This document shows positions 28,380 through 44,728 of a stretch of 64,000 bases of DNA, piece by piece. Location of the stretch: NCBI GenBank assembly GCA_951406725.2, contig OX597819.1, positions 18,290,001 through 18,354,000 on the forward strand. Reading direction: 5' to 3'. Source of the DNA: Octopus vulgaris (taxonomy: Eukaryota). Positions within the stretch are counted from its first letter, which is position 1. Every line of letters begins with the position of its first letter. Made by a program: the position numbers and the translations under genes. The notes under the pieces are model-generated. The model did not search any database and had not been told where the DNA came from. It saw only the letters and a list, made by a program, of their open reading frames with translations.

Positions 28380-28510
28380 CTTAGGAATGAGAACCTAGGT
28401 TTGAAATTTCCCCAAGGCCCCTGATGAAGGCTGGAGGGTATATCAGCCGAAAACTTGTATTAAAGACAAACAAGATGAAGACAATTATTCGTCAAATGTA
28501 AATTATGTAA
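28218..28510 (+). mobile_element. tRNA-headed SINE-like element with internal (AAT)n and a hammerhead-like 3' module
   Basis: Degenerate A box (acgacgtagtg), B box (gagttccattcc), (AAT)n, then CTGATGA-A-GGCTG-gagggtatat-CAGCC-GAAAAC. Confidence 0.65.
28421..28460 (+). ncRNA. Hammerhead ribozyme core (stems I/III degenerate)
   Basis: CUGAUGA, a perfect 5-bp stem II (GGCUG/CAGCC) and GAAA. Confidence 0.6.
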
Positions 28511-28954
28511 AAAGACTCAACTCCGCTCTTCATTTAACTCCCCTCCTCCCCTCTGATCATCTGACACCTACTTTCTCTTTTCACTCCTACCCACCGTCTC
28601 CCTTCATTGATACGCCTCCCTCACACATCCCACTCCCACATACCCCTACCTACTCCATCATTCGGTTATCCGTAAATTTCAAATATATGTGCACATATGT
28701 ATGTATACATATATGTATATATATATATATACCTACAGACTCACACATATATGTATAGGGAGCCTAGCATTTGCTCCTTAAAAGGGGTTAATATATGATT
28801 AATAGAGTGACGACTGCAATTAGGTAACACCAAAACTTCTATACAAACATACAAAACAAACAAAATTAATAATACGGAAATTATCAACATCAAAATGTTT
28901 CAGCAACAAATTCATCATAACTAGTAATAAGAAATAAAAGAATGAATGTAACAG

Positions 28955-29266
28955 AATCATCATCATCATCATCATAATCTTCATAATCATCATTATCATC
29001 ATCATCATCATCATCATCATCGTCGTCGTCGTCGTCGTCGTCGTCATCATCATCGTCACCATCATCATCATTATCATCATCATCATCATCATCATCATAA
29101 TCTTCGTAATCATCATCATCATCACCATCATCATCTTCGCCGACGTCGTCATCATCATCATCACCATCATCGTCATCATCATCATCATCCTCACCATCGT
29201 CATCATCATTATCATCATCATCATCATCATCATCATCGTCATCATCACCACCATCATCATTATTAC

Positions 29267-29308
<42 letters not shown>

Positions 29309-29442
29309 TACCATCTTTATTATTTGTATTATTATTTTATTATTATTAGTATTATTATCATTATCATTATTTTTATTTTTATTATTAATATTTTTATTAT
29401 TTTCATTATTATATGCAAATAAATTCTATTAATATCCTTATT

Positions 29443-29503
<61 letters not shown>

Positions 29504-29640
29504 CATTATTGTTATTATTATTATTATTATTTTTATTCTTTTATATTGTTACGAATATTTTTCTTTTATTAATTACATTCTTTTTCTTCTTATTGTTGTT
29601 TTTTAATCTCAATTCTTATTATTATTATCATTATTCATAT
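28955..29640. repeat. (CAT/CGT)n followed by (ATT)n low-complexity tract
   Basis: Directly visible. Confidence 0.9.
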
Positions 29641-30122
29641 GGGTGATGCTTTTCTTATTTTTAGAGATCTTATTTATTAAATCATTCTTGTATATTTAAT
29701 TTATTATAATTGTTATTGCTAATATATATGTAGTATATTTACGTATTTATTCCTATATTTATTTACTGAATTACAATATCGTAATTAAAATAACAGGAAA
29801 GTTTAAAACATAGGTGAGATAAATAGGAAAAAAGAGCCAAGTTCAAATTTAGATTGTTTCACTGACATCCACACATCCACCAACATTCTCAAAACACTGT
29901 GACACACACTTATACACACATACACGCCAATATACACGTACACTATATATATAAGGACGCGTGTGTGTGGGTTTGTGTATATTTATATATACATACGTAT
30001 ATATACGTCTGTGTGTGTACTTAGTCATGTGTGTATTTACATACACACATGACGTTTTCAACATTGAACAAAAACAATTGGCAGATAATTACTGAATCTG
30101 ATAATGAGGATGATGCACCCCC

Positions 30123-30153
<31 letters not shown>

Positions 30154-30557
30154 GCACATATATACATATCTCTCTATATACATACAGATATAATACACAG
30201 GCAACTATATATAAATTTATATATATATCTTTGCATATGTATTCTTAGGCAGAAACATGTATATACGTATGTATACCAATGATGATATATCTTTCTGAAT
30301 TTCTATGCTATTATACGTGTAAATTGAAAAGAAATAGATACATTCACAAACACACACACATACACATTAACACACACTTACAAACACACGCACTCGCACG
30401 CATAGGTACGTCATATATATATATATATATATATATATACGTATATATTTACATATACACTTATATATGTACCTATATATATATATATATATATGTACCT
30501 ATATATATATGTACCTATATACATATATATATATATATGTATACATTTATATATGTA

Positions 30558-30667
<110 letters not shown>

Positions 30668-31109
30668 CTATACGCTTCCCTTTGTGCTTGGTTTCGCGTT
30701 GTTTCTCTTTAATTCTTCAATTGTATACTTTTATTAATTATTGATTTTTAGCAGTGCTTCTGTATTTTAATTCATTATCTAAATATTCTTTTTGTTTATT
30801 TCTACGTGTTTTTTTTTTCCTCAGAAAATAAATGACATATTCTGAATTTGATAACATAGAAATAAATAGATCTTTCACACCTTAATTTTACTTGCAGTTA
30901 CTGTGATGGTAATGGTTGTTTTGGATACTTATTTAATGTTTGTTTTTTGCTTTTCTTATCATGATGTTGAGTGTTTGTTAGTTCTGCTTGCTTATATTTT
31001 GAAACTTGTTTTCTTGGTTTTTCCCGTTGTTGTCAGTCGTGGTGGCGGTGGTGTTCATGCTGTTGTTTTACCCGTTGTTTTTATCACCTTTGTTACTGTT
31101 ATGATCATG

Positions 31110-31545
31110 TCCGCTTGAGAAATCCAATGAAGAATCTTGATCCAGCACTATCCGGTTTTCCTGGAGGAATTTTTCCAGGCACTGTTTGGCAGTTGTGAGA
31201 TCTGTTTGTACTTTAATTTCTTTCGGGATAACTTTGAAAAGGGCAGGTTCATTTGTAATGAAGAAATTGTGCCGCATTCGACCTTATGTCATGTGATCTC
31301 GACCTATGATGATGACTTGGGTTTTGATGGTTGTAGAAATGAGAAGGCTGTGAATATTGTTACATGAACGAACATAACTGTCGTTGTTGTAATTTTCTAA
31401 TATCATAGTCCATTCAAGTAGAGAGTTCTTGTTGAGTGAGTTGTATCCAGGTAGGTGTGTCTTATCTCGTATTCGTTGAAGAAATTTGTCCAGGCTCCGT
31501 TTATAGGTGTTGGGATTCTTTTTCTCGTTAATCAGTTTTGGGATA
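31110..31545 (-). mobile_element. Two adjacent degenerate CR1-like LINE 3' ends
   Basis: EPALFKVIPKEIK...LEKFLQE and IPK...[30 protein letters not shown]; similar to 24402. Confidence 0.65.
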
Positions 31546-31577
31546 ATGCACACACACACACGCATACACACGCACAC

Positions 31578-31638
<61 letters not shown>

Positions 31639-31738
31639 AATATACTTGCATATACACGCATATATTTAGCCAAACGGATTTATACATACATACATACATA
31701 TATAGATACATACATACGTACATATACACATACATACA

Positions 31739-31770
<32 letters not shown>

Positions 31771-32058
31771 CACAGACACACACACATATATATATATATA
31801 TAGGAGAAATATGTTACGAAAAGAAGATATAAATTACACGTGGAAATGTAAGGGTAAAATATGAAAAAGCAACGAAAATGCACCTTGCAAATAGAAAAAG
31901 GATATTTATGACAGGTAATGAAAAATATATACATTTAGATTGACTGAGGTAGTAATATGAGTCATAAAAGTCATTATTATGAGATGATTATAAGATGATA
32001 ATAAAGTAAGAGAAGAAAACGAAACATGGTTTACGCAAATCTATTCATCGTTTCATAT

Positions 32059-32092
<34 letters not shown>

Positions 32093-32095
<3 letters not shown>

Positions 32096-32397
32096 GGAGC
32101 GTGGCTCAGTGGTTAGGGCATTCGGCTCATGATCGTAAGGTTGTGAGTTCGATTCCCGGCGACGCGTTGTGTCCTTGAGCAAGACACTTTATTTCACGTT
32201 GCTCCAGTCCACTCAGCTGGCAAAAATGAGTTGTACTTGTATTTCAAAGGGTCAGCCTTGTCACTCTCTGTGTCACGCTGATTATCCCCGAGAACTACGT
32301 TAAGGGTACACGTGTCTGTGGAATGCTCAGCCATTTGCACGTTAATTTCACGAGCAAGCTGTTCCGTTGATCGTATCAGCTGGGATAACCGGCGGAG

Positions 32398-32400
<3 letters not shown>
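32093..32400 (+). mobile_element. tRNA-derived CORE-type SINE (tail shared with family B)
   Basis: tggctcagtggttag / gagttcgattccc boxes, CORE-like gtgtccttgagcaagacactt; 3' part matches 16815-16960. Confidence 0.88.
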
Positions 32401-32483
<83 letters not shown>

Positions 32484-33083
32484 TTATATATTTATATATA
32501 TATATATATTTTTTCCGTTCGCATTGAGGCTACAATTAATTCAGAATAAAGTGTTCTACGATTGAACGCATTGCAGCCATCATTTTGATCTCATCTAAAA
32601 TATTAGCCATTATATATCCAATATTTTATTCCATATATATTTTAAAGAGTTAGCATATGTTTTAAACTGTTGTTGCTACTATATCTAACAAGTCGACACA
32701 CACATAAAGACAAAACCCGTTGTTCATGTCATTATAACTGGTTATATGTTTTGTTGTTATCTATTTGTGGATGTGTTTGATAATATTCTCAGTTTAGAAG
32801 TTGAGATTTTTTTCGTCTCCCGTTGTATATTTATGCTTTGAATTGTTTATAAAATACAATATATATATATATAGATAAATGTATAAAGTTTAAATACATG
32901 CGTACATGTGTGAGATGAATAAACACACACATACATATATGTATGTATTTATGCATGTATGTTGATACATATGCGTATGTATGAATTTAGAGATGAGCTC
33001 AGCCAAATGATATATACATACACATACGTAAATGTATCCCGCAAAAATACGCAGTTTTAACATACATATTCACTCACATACGC

Positions 33084-33159
<76 letters not shown>

Positions 33160-33299
33160 TATATATTTATTATACATATATATATATGTGTGTGCGTATA
33201 TATATATATGTATAGAAATATATGTATATATGTATATATATGCATGTATATATATATATATACACATGTATATATGTACACGCACATATATATGCATGT

Positions 33300-33348
<49 letters not shown>

Positions 33349-33993
33349 CATATATATATATATATATGTATGTATAACCCCCACGTGTACAAATACGCAC
33401 ATACACATTTATGAATAGACATTTTTGAAACATAATAGAACTCATTGCAATAGTAGTAATTATAATAATTATGACGATAATATTAATAAAAATAACGATA
33501 ACACGAATAAGAAGAAATGCCACAAAGCATATCACCAGCAACAAGCGTGCATCCTAAAATAGTCAATGTATATACAATAGTTTAAATATAGTCCACTTAA
33601 TTGGAAAAGTTTAATTAAACAAAAAAGGCACTCTAATAAATTCATAATCGAAATGAATATGTAGTTTTTGATTTTAATTTTAAAAAAATACACACACACG
33701 TACACACACATGTATACACGCAAAAACACACACGCACGCGCATACACACACAAACATATATATGTATACCTATATGCAACAAGGGAGAGAGAGAGACAGT
33801 GCATGTGTGTGTGAGAGAGATAGAGATACAGACACGCAAATGTATACATATAGAAAATGCATGTATATGTACATATGTAGTTTTACGTATGCATATATGC
33901 ATATACATATATCATATATATGTATGTATGTATATATATATAAATATATATATATACATGTATATTTATACCTATATCTATGTATGCGTATAT

Positions 33994-34046
<53 letters not shown>

Positions 34047-34559
34047 TATATATATATGTATATATATGTATATATATATATATATATAAATATTTATATA
34101 TCTATATATATATATGTATATATATATATATTCATAATACACAAAATATGAATATATATGAATATAAATGCACAAATGCACACACAAAATAGTGCGCGAT
34201 GTGTGTGTGGTGTGTGTGTTGGTATGTGTATGTATAGTATATCTAACAAGTAAATTTAATGAATTATCAAAAAAACTGAAATCAATGTCAATGAAGGCAA
34301 AAAATCAAAAAGAAAAAACAAGTGAAAATGGTTAAGTAGAGGTGGCAAGATGAAGGGGGAAATCGAGAGTGTGTCAGGGTGGAGATGTAGACAAAGCGGG
34401 AGGGGGGGTTGTGTTGAGTGATGGATGGAGAGTGGGGAGTGGTAGATGCTGTGACGTCGGGTGTGAATTGTAGTTAATTAGGGGAGGATGGGAAGCACCA
34501 TTAAATATTGTATTGTTCTAAGTTGATTTTTGTGTAGATTGTGTTGTAGTACGGCTAAT

Positions 34560-36200
<1,641 letters not shown>

Positions 36201-37847
36201 GAGGTGGAAGAGGGTCATTCTTCTTACGGAAAATTAACTCATGAAACCAGTTAAGGGTAGTAAATAGTCTAGCGATACTTGGTGCTCAGTATGGCTTCGT
36301 CACAATAAAGTGGATTCTCCTAAGCTCAACTGCATGAAAAAAGGTGGATGTGAAAAGTAGAAAGCTTCTCGCGTCACACGATATGCACAATCTCAATGGC
36401 ACCATTGAGAAAAGTATTTCCTGCTGCCTTGTCTTTGCCAAGTCTGCGTATATTTGGAGACATGTCCTTCACGGTTAATTTGGCCACTGGGCAACATACC
36501 AATATATATGTATGAAAACGGTCAAGTGGTGTGACAAGATACGAAACAAGGCATAATAACAACTACCTCATCCGAATTACATCGGAAAGACTATTACAAA
36601 CTACCTGCAGATGAAGAAAGCCGTCCAGCTATAAAAGACAACGATCAAAATTGAAATAATTATATGATTTAATATACTGCACTCAAAATATTCCCCGAAA
36701 TGAAGTGTAAAATACAAGGATCTACTAAATAGCCATAAACAATATGAGCTGACATAAAAACATAAAAATCGTCTCGAAGAATGAGTAGAGAACGTGTTTG
36801 AATTGCTACAGGCTTTACAATATTATGCGCATTTCAATATATTGCTCTGCTAAAACTGGCACAATTCCTACACATGGCAAGTGAGAACCACTGCCAAAAA
36901 CTGACAGAATGTCAGTATGCAACACAAAACATTTACAGTTACGGCACAAAACGTAACATATCACAGAACGCATATTCCGCTTTAAAAACTAAATTAATGC
37001 TGTACACCTAACTTAATATCAGTTATCGTGTATTATAAGAGTCGCGACTCGTTATTTAGACTACAACCCAAGATCGAGATATCGATGATAGAGCATGTAC
37101 TGAGGGCAACCACTAAAACTCACATCCCAAAACACACAAGGAACACAAAACTACCGTTACCGTTAACAATAACACATGTAGCATATCTCAGTATCTAAAT
37201 TATACACAAAATGAGGTCTGTCTGTCTGTCTGTCTATGAGCTGGCTTAAACAGTAATATTAGCAGACTCTGTATAACACACACTTCTCTCATTTGGATGA
37301 TGTGTATACATGGGAGAGTTTGCACAACGCACTCATCTCATTGATTAGGAAAATAGACAGCCATACTTACAGACATCTCTCCTCTTTCTCTTTTCTCTCG
37401 TTGCTCATACGTGACCATCGTCCATATTTATTTTCCTATCGAGACCAACTTTCTTTCCTGCACGGACTTTCTAAGGATTTCACGTCTTCTATATCTCTCC
37501 CTTCTCTTTTTTAAAAGAAAATATTTCTCTCAGCATTCACAATTTTTCCTCACGTTCAGGTCTAACGACCCTCCGGGTTTGTTTTCGTTCAACAGTCGTG
37601 TTTTTTTCCATAAATTTGACTCTCCATAAATCCAAAATTTTATTTTAGTACTTATGGGAGCAGCTGTCTTCGAAGACTCGTATTGTCGTTGATTGTTCGA
37701 AATGGTGAGTAGATAGACAGCCGACAACTGATGAAGGGTCATTCTTTGTATTACTTGTCCCTTTTCTTTTCTCGTTATTTGTGTATTTAACACATTTGCT
37801 TGCGTATTTCATATTGTTTACTGTTGGTGACGTCCTGTACACATGTA

Positions 37848-37912
<65 letters not shown>

Positions 37913-37915
37913 TAA

Positions 37916-37980
37916 TGGCGGTGCCCCAGCATGGCCACAGCTCATTAGCTGAAACTAGAAAATCAAAAAATCAAAATCAA
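37916..37980 (+). mobile_element. Isolated retroposon 3' tail related to the SINE A tail (second copy 48989-49040)
   Basis: cccagcatggccacagctcattagctgaaactagaaaa followed by (aaatc)-like repeats. Confidence 0.7.
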
Positions 37981-38021
37981 ATCATATATAATGTATGTAT
38001 GTGTGTATGTATGTATGTATG

Positions 38022-38096
<75 letters not shown>

Positions 38097-39514
38097 AATA
38101 TATACATATATATGGTTAAAAAGAAAGACGGAGATGAAAATAAGAAAATACGAAGATGTGGTACATTCAGAGGAATAATAAGACGCCCAGAGAAAGAAAG
38201 AATGAGTGGATGTTTTATGTTTTATGTTTCGGAAACAGGAGACATCTTAAAGTTCAAAAGAAGAGGAAGAAAGAGTTAAAAAAATCGCCAACACTCAACG
38301 TGTAGCGACAATTTGGAATGACCTGAAGTAGATGGACAAAGGAGATTGTGAAGAATGATAGGTATATGTGTGTACGTGTGGGTGTGTGTGCATGTGTGTA
38401 CGGTGGCATGTGTATGTGTGTGCATGTGTGCACGGTGGCATGTGTGTGTGGCAAGTGTGGCCTGTTTATATATCGCCTTTACAACGAATCAATTTATTCT
38501 GGATTACCTCGCCGTCTATCTATTATTTACTGTAAATCGTTGCTTCAAAATATCTATTGTTATAAATAATTTTTCTTAATACATAAATAGTCTTTAGTTT
38601 TTTTTTTCCTGAAATGGGTAACACTCAGACTAGTGTTTCTACGAAGTTTTTGTAAAGAGGGAATCAGGATAAACTTTCAGAGAGTAAATAATATATTCAA
38701 GTAAAACTCAAGCAAATTTTATGTAGTCGTTGTAATTTTAATTTAGATGTTAATTTAATTATTACTTTATCAATTATACTAAAGAAATTATTACAAAATA
38801 TACTCGTAATTGATTATAACCTCTTAATTAACATGTTAACATTATCAATTAAAGTATTAAAATGAATAATATCAATTAGTCGATTCTTAGACAGTGTTGG
38901 GAAAAACTGATACAGAAAAAAATAATCAAAGTGCACAGTGATAACTTAATATCTCTTGAGTTTAAGAACATTGAGAAAATAATGATTGAAGTAAATATAT
39001 TTCATAAACAATATTTACAATTCGATTTTAATTTCATTGTAGAGTTACGTCGTCTTGTAACTGTCAACATTGATAACGGTGGTCAATCTGTTTATTATGC
39101 ACTCTGCTTAAGAAACCTTTTCTACAAACATCTTGCTTCTCATTATGTAGTCAACTAATATTTCTCTCATACGACATCGATTTAACAAACTTCCTTTTAA
39201 CGAAGCAATTATTATTTGTGCGATAATTTGTTTTACTATGACCTCGTGGTTCAACGATCTATTTACTAACCTAATTCAGAGCGTGGCTTATTAGCTTGGT
39301 GTTTTGTGGGATTGTGCCACCAATATCACTTAATGTGTCGTACCTTATAGGATCATGAAGCGAATATGTCTTTCAACGTTTATGTTAGGATTGTCACCAG
39401 TTGAATGTAGAGTTTTATATGTCAAACAAGGATTCAAGTTGTTATGCGAGAATGATTGCAGAATATCAAAGTAAAACATTACTAAGCCTCATTCCATGCC
39501 TTATATTTTATGAT

Positions 39515-39750
39515 ACTTCCTTCTTTACTACCCATAAAGGGGCTACACACAGAGGGGACACACAAGGACAGACAAACGGATTAAGTCGATTATATCGACT
39601 CCAGTGCGTAACTGGTAGTTATTTAATCGACCCCGAAAGGATGAAAGGCAGAGTTGACGGCGGTGGAATTTGAACTCAGAACGTAGCGGAAGACGAAATA
39701 CCACTAAGCATTTCGCCCGACTTGCTAACGTTTCTGCCAGCTCACCACCG
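39515..39750 (-). mobile_element. SINE family C, full length
   Basis: Matches 44233 and 10263. Confidence 0.9.
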
Positions 39751-41640
39751 CTATGTTTGATAATACTACGTAGTAAGAGTTGTGTGCAATAGGAAGATTT
39801 GGGAAATTAGTTCCGTCGTTTTAAACAAGGAAGGATATGTTGTACAACGTGGTTGTAGTTCAATGAAAAGAAAATCCCCTGGAACAGCTTTGAGAATATA
39901 TCTTGCCAATGAGACTTCATCTGGGATTAAACAACAATACAACTAGGAAGAAGTATATATCAAGCAAGTTATATAATGTTTCTGAGATAACATATATTCT
40001 TCACTTTTAACGTTGCGTTACAAATGCTATATGGACCATACATCCTATAGTTTGCCAATTTAACGTAGGAGTGAACATTAATATAAGACATACGTATGAG
40101 TACAATATTTGTCGAGGGGTGCAACATATTGTTGGAATTTAACATATGACTTGAATATTTTGCAAGGTGTACGATAATACGGTGACTCAAACTGGATTAA
40201 ATTTACTTAGAGAGACAAACGTATTACACGATACTGAAATGTAATACAATATAACTATAATGAACATATGTATGGCATAGTAGTGTCATTTCCTTGCTGA
40301 GATTTTCTGCCTGATGCCATTCGCAGTAGCTCCAAAGTGTGCCAGTAAGATTTACGTGGATGCACGAATTTCCTAACCGGTACACGATCAAGTGTCACTA
40401 ATATCTGATATGTGCTCCATCTAACTCTCATAAAGTCTACTTTGTCTACTATGTTATCAATTACTAACAATCCAAGTTGCATGCTATCCATATTATCATT
40501 TATTGAAATCTGTATGTTATTCTTTGCTCATATTTTAGCCATTTCATTTACGAACGTTTAAATACCTAAACAAATACTCAGGTAAACCAAAGTGTATGGT
40601 CGGTGTGAACCTCGTTAACAATGTAAACAAAAATGATTTCCTCATTTAAAAATCCACAGAGGATAAAACCTTGAACGCCATGAGTAATTCCAGTTCAAAT
40701 ATACAAAGGCTATTTATCAAATCTTTTAAATTAATTAAACCTATAACTCTCTTAATATAAAATTGTAACCACTGAAATAAAAGTAGAGTTTACCTTTAAA
40801 ATATCAACATTAATAACAGTTATTGCTGGTAGTTGTCCTCATCTGACCGACACATCTCTCCTCAACACAAGATACAGCTAAACTCGGAATTCAAAACATA
40901 CACAACATTACATCAGGTAATCTTATAGTAGGTATTTGGTGAGAATATATAAGGTTTTGTGTTGATTACTTCCAATGAAGCATAAGTTGTGTGAAGCAAA
41001 TTTGACATCAACTCTCGGATGTATTTCTAAATGAAAAATTTATAAAAAAAAAATAAATACATCAGATAATAGAAAAATAAAATACAAAAAAAAGAAAAGA
41101 AAACATCTGATAGAAGTTATAAAAAAAAACTTATTGTAATACAAAACAAAATCTCTCTGTTTATTTTTCTCCTCATTTCCCTATAGAGACCGGATTAGTC
41201 ATTATGGCACCGGAATAGACTTGAATATAACTTAAAAACCAAAAACAATATTTGTTATCTCCACTGAAAGGTAATTGTACGACTGTTTTGAAAAACAAAC
41301 AAATATATCATAAATTGACTTCGATTCAAATATCGGAAATGATTTATTCTTTGCGGGAATTACTACAAGAGACTTTCATTGTATATACTAAGAGAAACAC
41401 TGCCCTGAGGGCTATTTTTTTCCTGGTTCATGTACTATGTATAATATCTCTTTATATATATATACATATATATATATATACATGCATATACATATGTATG
41501 TGTTTGTGTATGTGTATGCACTATTAAAGGTGCAGTTCGAAGTAGATAATGCTTTTGATTGTTTCTATGTGAAGGTTCCTTTTAACCCAATATTTACACG
41601 CTAGTTCATATAGATTTAATTCTTTCCTCTTTCACCTTTA

Positions 41641-41768
<128 letters not shown>

Positions 41769-41899
41769 TGCGTGCATATATGAGGATGCATAGCATAATG
41801 ATTAGGGAATTGCTCTCCTGATTGCGCGACCATGGTCTTTCGTGGATTCGTGCAGCTCCTCATGGAACAATGATTTGAGGGAGGAAATGAGCTACAAAT

Positions 41900-43100
41900 A
41901 CACTTGGTCACTTTAAACAAACCATTTGTAGAGGTCGCTCAGCAAAAAGTAAAACCTCAGGCATATGACATCAGCTCGCTTGAGCGTGCTGATAGTAACA
42001 CATAACCCGGTATAAGGCTGATGAGGTTGGTTGCAGGAAATTCCACCATGGTTTCTTGGTGAAGGCAAGGATTTCAGACTCCATGCAGGATTCAAAATAA
42101 AAGGTGACAAAGGAGAGACATACTCAAGGTAATTGTTGTCCAACTTATTATCCGTGACTAATTATTACCTTGTTATTAAATGAATGTAACAAAGTAATAT
42201 ATAAACCTCATCTTCATAGTTTTGAAATTGTCGGTAACAGACTCATGGCGGTAAATGGTGCAACTAAAATTTTATCGCCATATTGGGCTAGAAGCATATA
42301 TGCTGGGTTACATGAACTACGTGAGATAGTGGACAATATCTGGATATCCATTGAGCCAAATTTGCAATCACCTCCATTCACGTCCATGCTAAGTTATTTT
42401 AACATTATCATGCCACTGGGCGTAATGTGGGAGAACGAGAGAGTAAACCTGATTTGCGAGCGGTATTTTCTCACATTAAAATGGAACTTCGGCTGGTCTA
42501 GCATTTGTGATTTCCTTGTATGTCTCCTTTGCACATCCTCCTGCTTAACGGCCAAAATGTCTTCTTGTGGTGGCTGTATTATTTCGCACATCTGCAACAA
42601 TAAAATAACTCCACCTCGGTAAATCTAACTGCAAAAGAAGCTTAGTAGAAGCAAAAGCAGTTGCAGTCCCTTTATAGAGTCTCTGTGACTGTGTCCGTTG
42701 TTCCTGTTCTGCATAGTCAGTCTCGTTTTCACTGATTTCTACTGAAATTTCCCAGAGTCCCAAATGGCAGTTACACGAAGGCTGTAGTAGGTGGTATCAC
42801 TCATTTTTGACAATAGAGTACAACTATGTGATTGTCATTTAACTTTAGAGCATGCCTCGTTCTCAGTTTCCATATATTTGATGTCAATGGCTTCCTTGAT
42901 CTCTAATGAACGAACCGGAGAATTTTAACAATGTTCTGTTTCATTTATTTCTTTCACTCTCTCTTATTCCTTTATATGCAGATACTTTTTGTGTTTTAAT
43001 GCGTTTCCTATTCGTCAATCATGGAAGGTCCAGAGCGTTTCCATCTGTAATACCTTTAAAATACGTGACTAATGCAGTGACACTTTCATCAAGAAGCCCA
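41900..43100 (-). mobile_element. Highly decayed CR1-like RT remnant
   Basis: Fragmentary motifs such as EDVQRRHTRK on the minus strand; many disruptions. Confidence 0.4.
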
Positions 43101-43523
43101 AACCGGATGAAGAATTAAACTTGTACAGGATGAACATATATGAAAATATATCAATTATCAATTTGTATCGTGCCTTGAATACAGCATGACATTTCCATCG
43201 TAACGAATAAATGTGACATAGTTTCACAGCAGAACAGGAAATCTAAAATAGATCTTGCAAATGTCTCCTAAACGAGATAACGCAAAAGAAATAAAGTATA
43301 ATTAGTTCACTGGATCCGAAACTGCACAGGCATCCGCATTAAATGATGATGTGCGTTTTAAGAAGAACACAACATTGACACAGCTCACCTAAACGACAGC
43401 AAAAAGTATTGACTATGAATCTATTGTAATTTTACAATACCATATTTGTTTATTGTAGTTTTAACCAAATATTGAACAATAAGAAATAGCAACGATATTT
43501 ATTTATATATATGAATACATACG

Positions 43524-43761
43524 TAGTAATCCCACGCCATATCACGGTACACCATTCGCGGTTCACCTATCGCGGTTTATTATTTAAGCTTACGCTGATT
43601 CCTCCATGGTGCTGTTTTGTATTTATAATAAAATAAGTATATACAAATTATAAAACTAATAGGGAAAAAATATACCGTTCAGTACTGTTACTACTTCGTG
43701 GATTTTCACCTATGGCGGTGGGGTTTAGAACGTAACACCTGCGATAGGCGAGGGATTACTG
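43524..43761. mobile_element. MITE with pogo/Tigger-like TIRs
   Basis: TAGTAATCCCACGCC ... GGCGAGGGATTACTG, followed by TA. Confidence 0.75.
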
Positions 43762-43879
43762 TATATATGTGTATATATATATATAAAATATTATTAGAGA
43801 CAAAACCACTATTTTGCAAAACAAACAAGGAAAGACTTAATCAATACATAAAATTTTAATAAATAGTCAAAAAAAACCG

Positions 43880-43922
43880 CCACTACAATCGTTTCTTGTC
43901 TAGATCGACAATCTTCAGGTGG
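43880..43922 (-). ncRNA. Intact minimal type I hammerhead ribozyme
   Basis: Minus strand CCAC-CUGAAGA-UUGUC-gaucua-GACAA-GAAAC-gauu-GUA-GUGG: all core nucleotides present, stems I (4 bp), II (5 bp) and III (2 bp), GUA cleavage triplet. Confidence 0.85.
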
Positions 43923-44181
43923 ACTTCAATCTAAAATATCAATATTTTAAAATATACAAATAATAATTTTAAAATAATTAAAGTATGAATGAAAAAATAT
44001 AAATATATAATCCATATATAACCTATATATAATCCATATATAATCAATATATAAACAATATATAAACTAAAATAAACCTATCAACAATTAAATATAAAAT
44101 ATAAAATATAAAATATAAAACAAAACAAAAAAATAATAATAATATAATAATAAACTATATATACACCCATACACATATACC

Positions 44182-44223
<42 letters not shown>

Positions 44224-44232
44224 ATATATATA

Positions 44233-44465
44233 TTTCTTTATACCCACAAGGGGCATATAACTCATGAGTTGACAAACAAGGACAGATCAAACGGATTAAG
44301 TCGATTATATCGACCCCAGTGCGTAACTGGTACTTAATTTATCGACCCCGAAAGGATGAAAGGCAAAGTCGACCTCGGCGGAATTTGAACCCAGAACGTA
44401 ACGCCAGACGAAATACGGCTACGCATTTCTCCCGGCGTGCTAACGTTTCTGCCAGCTCGCCGCCT
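44233..44465 (-). mobile_element. SINE family C, full length
   Basis: Complete head-to-tail match with other family C copies. Confidence 0.92.
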
Positions 44466-44685
44466 TATATATATATATATGAAAGATTCAAACCTATAAG
44501 TGCATATGCATATAAAACCTATGTGATACATAACATAACTATCGATCACCTGATACATAACATAACTATCGATCAAATTAGCCGATTTCAGTTAATTAAT
44601 GGATGTGTGTATGCATGTATGTGTGCGCGCGTCTTCATACATGAATATGTATAATACACACACACAAATGCATACACATATATGC

Positions 44686-44728
<43 letters not shown>

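Noticed and set aside
37728-37770. CTGATGA hammerhead-like start (also 42018, 48864, 50325 minus)
   Set aside because: No stem II followed by GAAA at a workable distance.
40255-40491. Possible RTE-like RT remnant on the minus strand
   Set aside because: Motif resemblance is too weak to support without an HMM search.
44524-44575. 27-bp tandem duplication GATACATAACATAACTATCGATCA
   Set aside because: Simple two-copy slippage; not a CRISPR-like or functional array.
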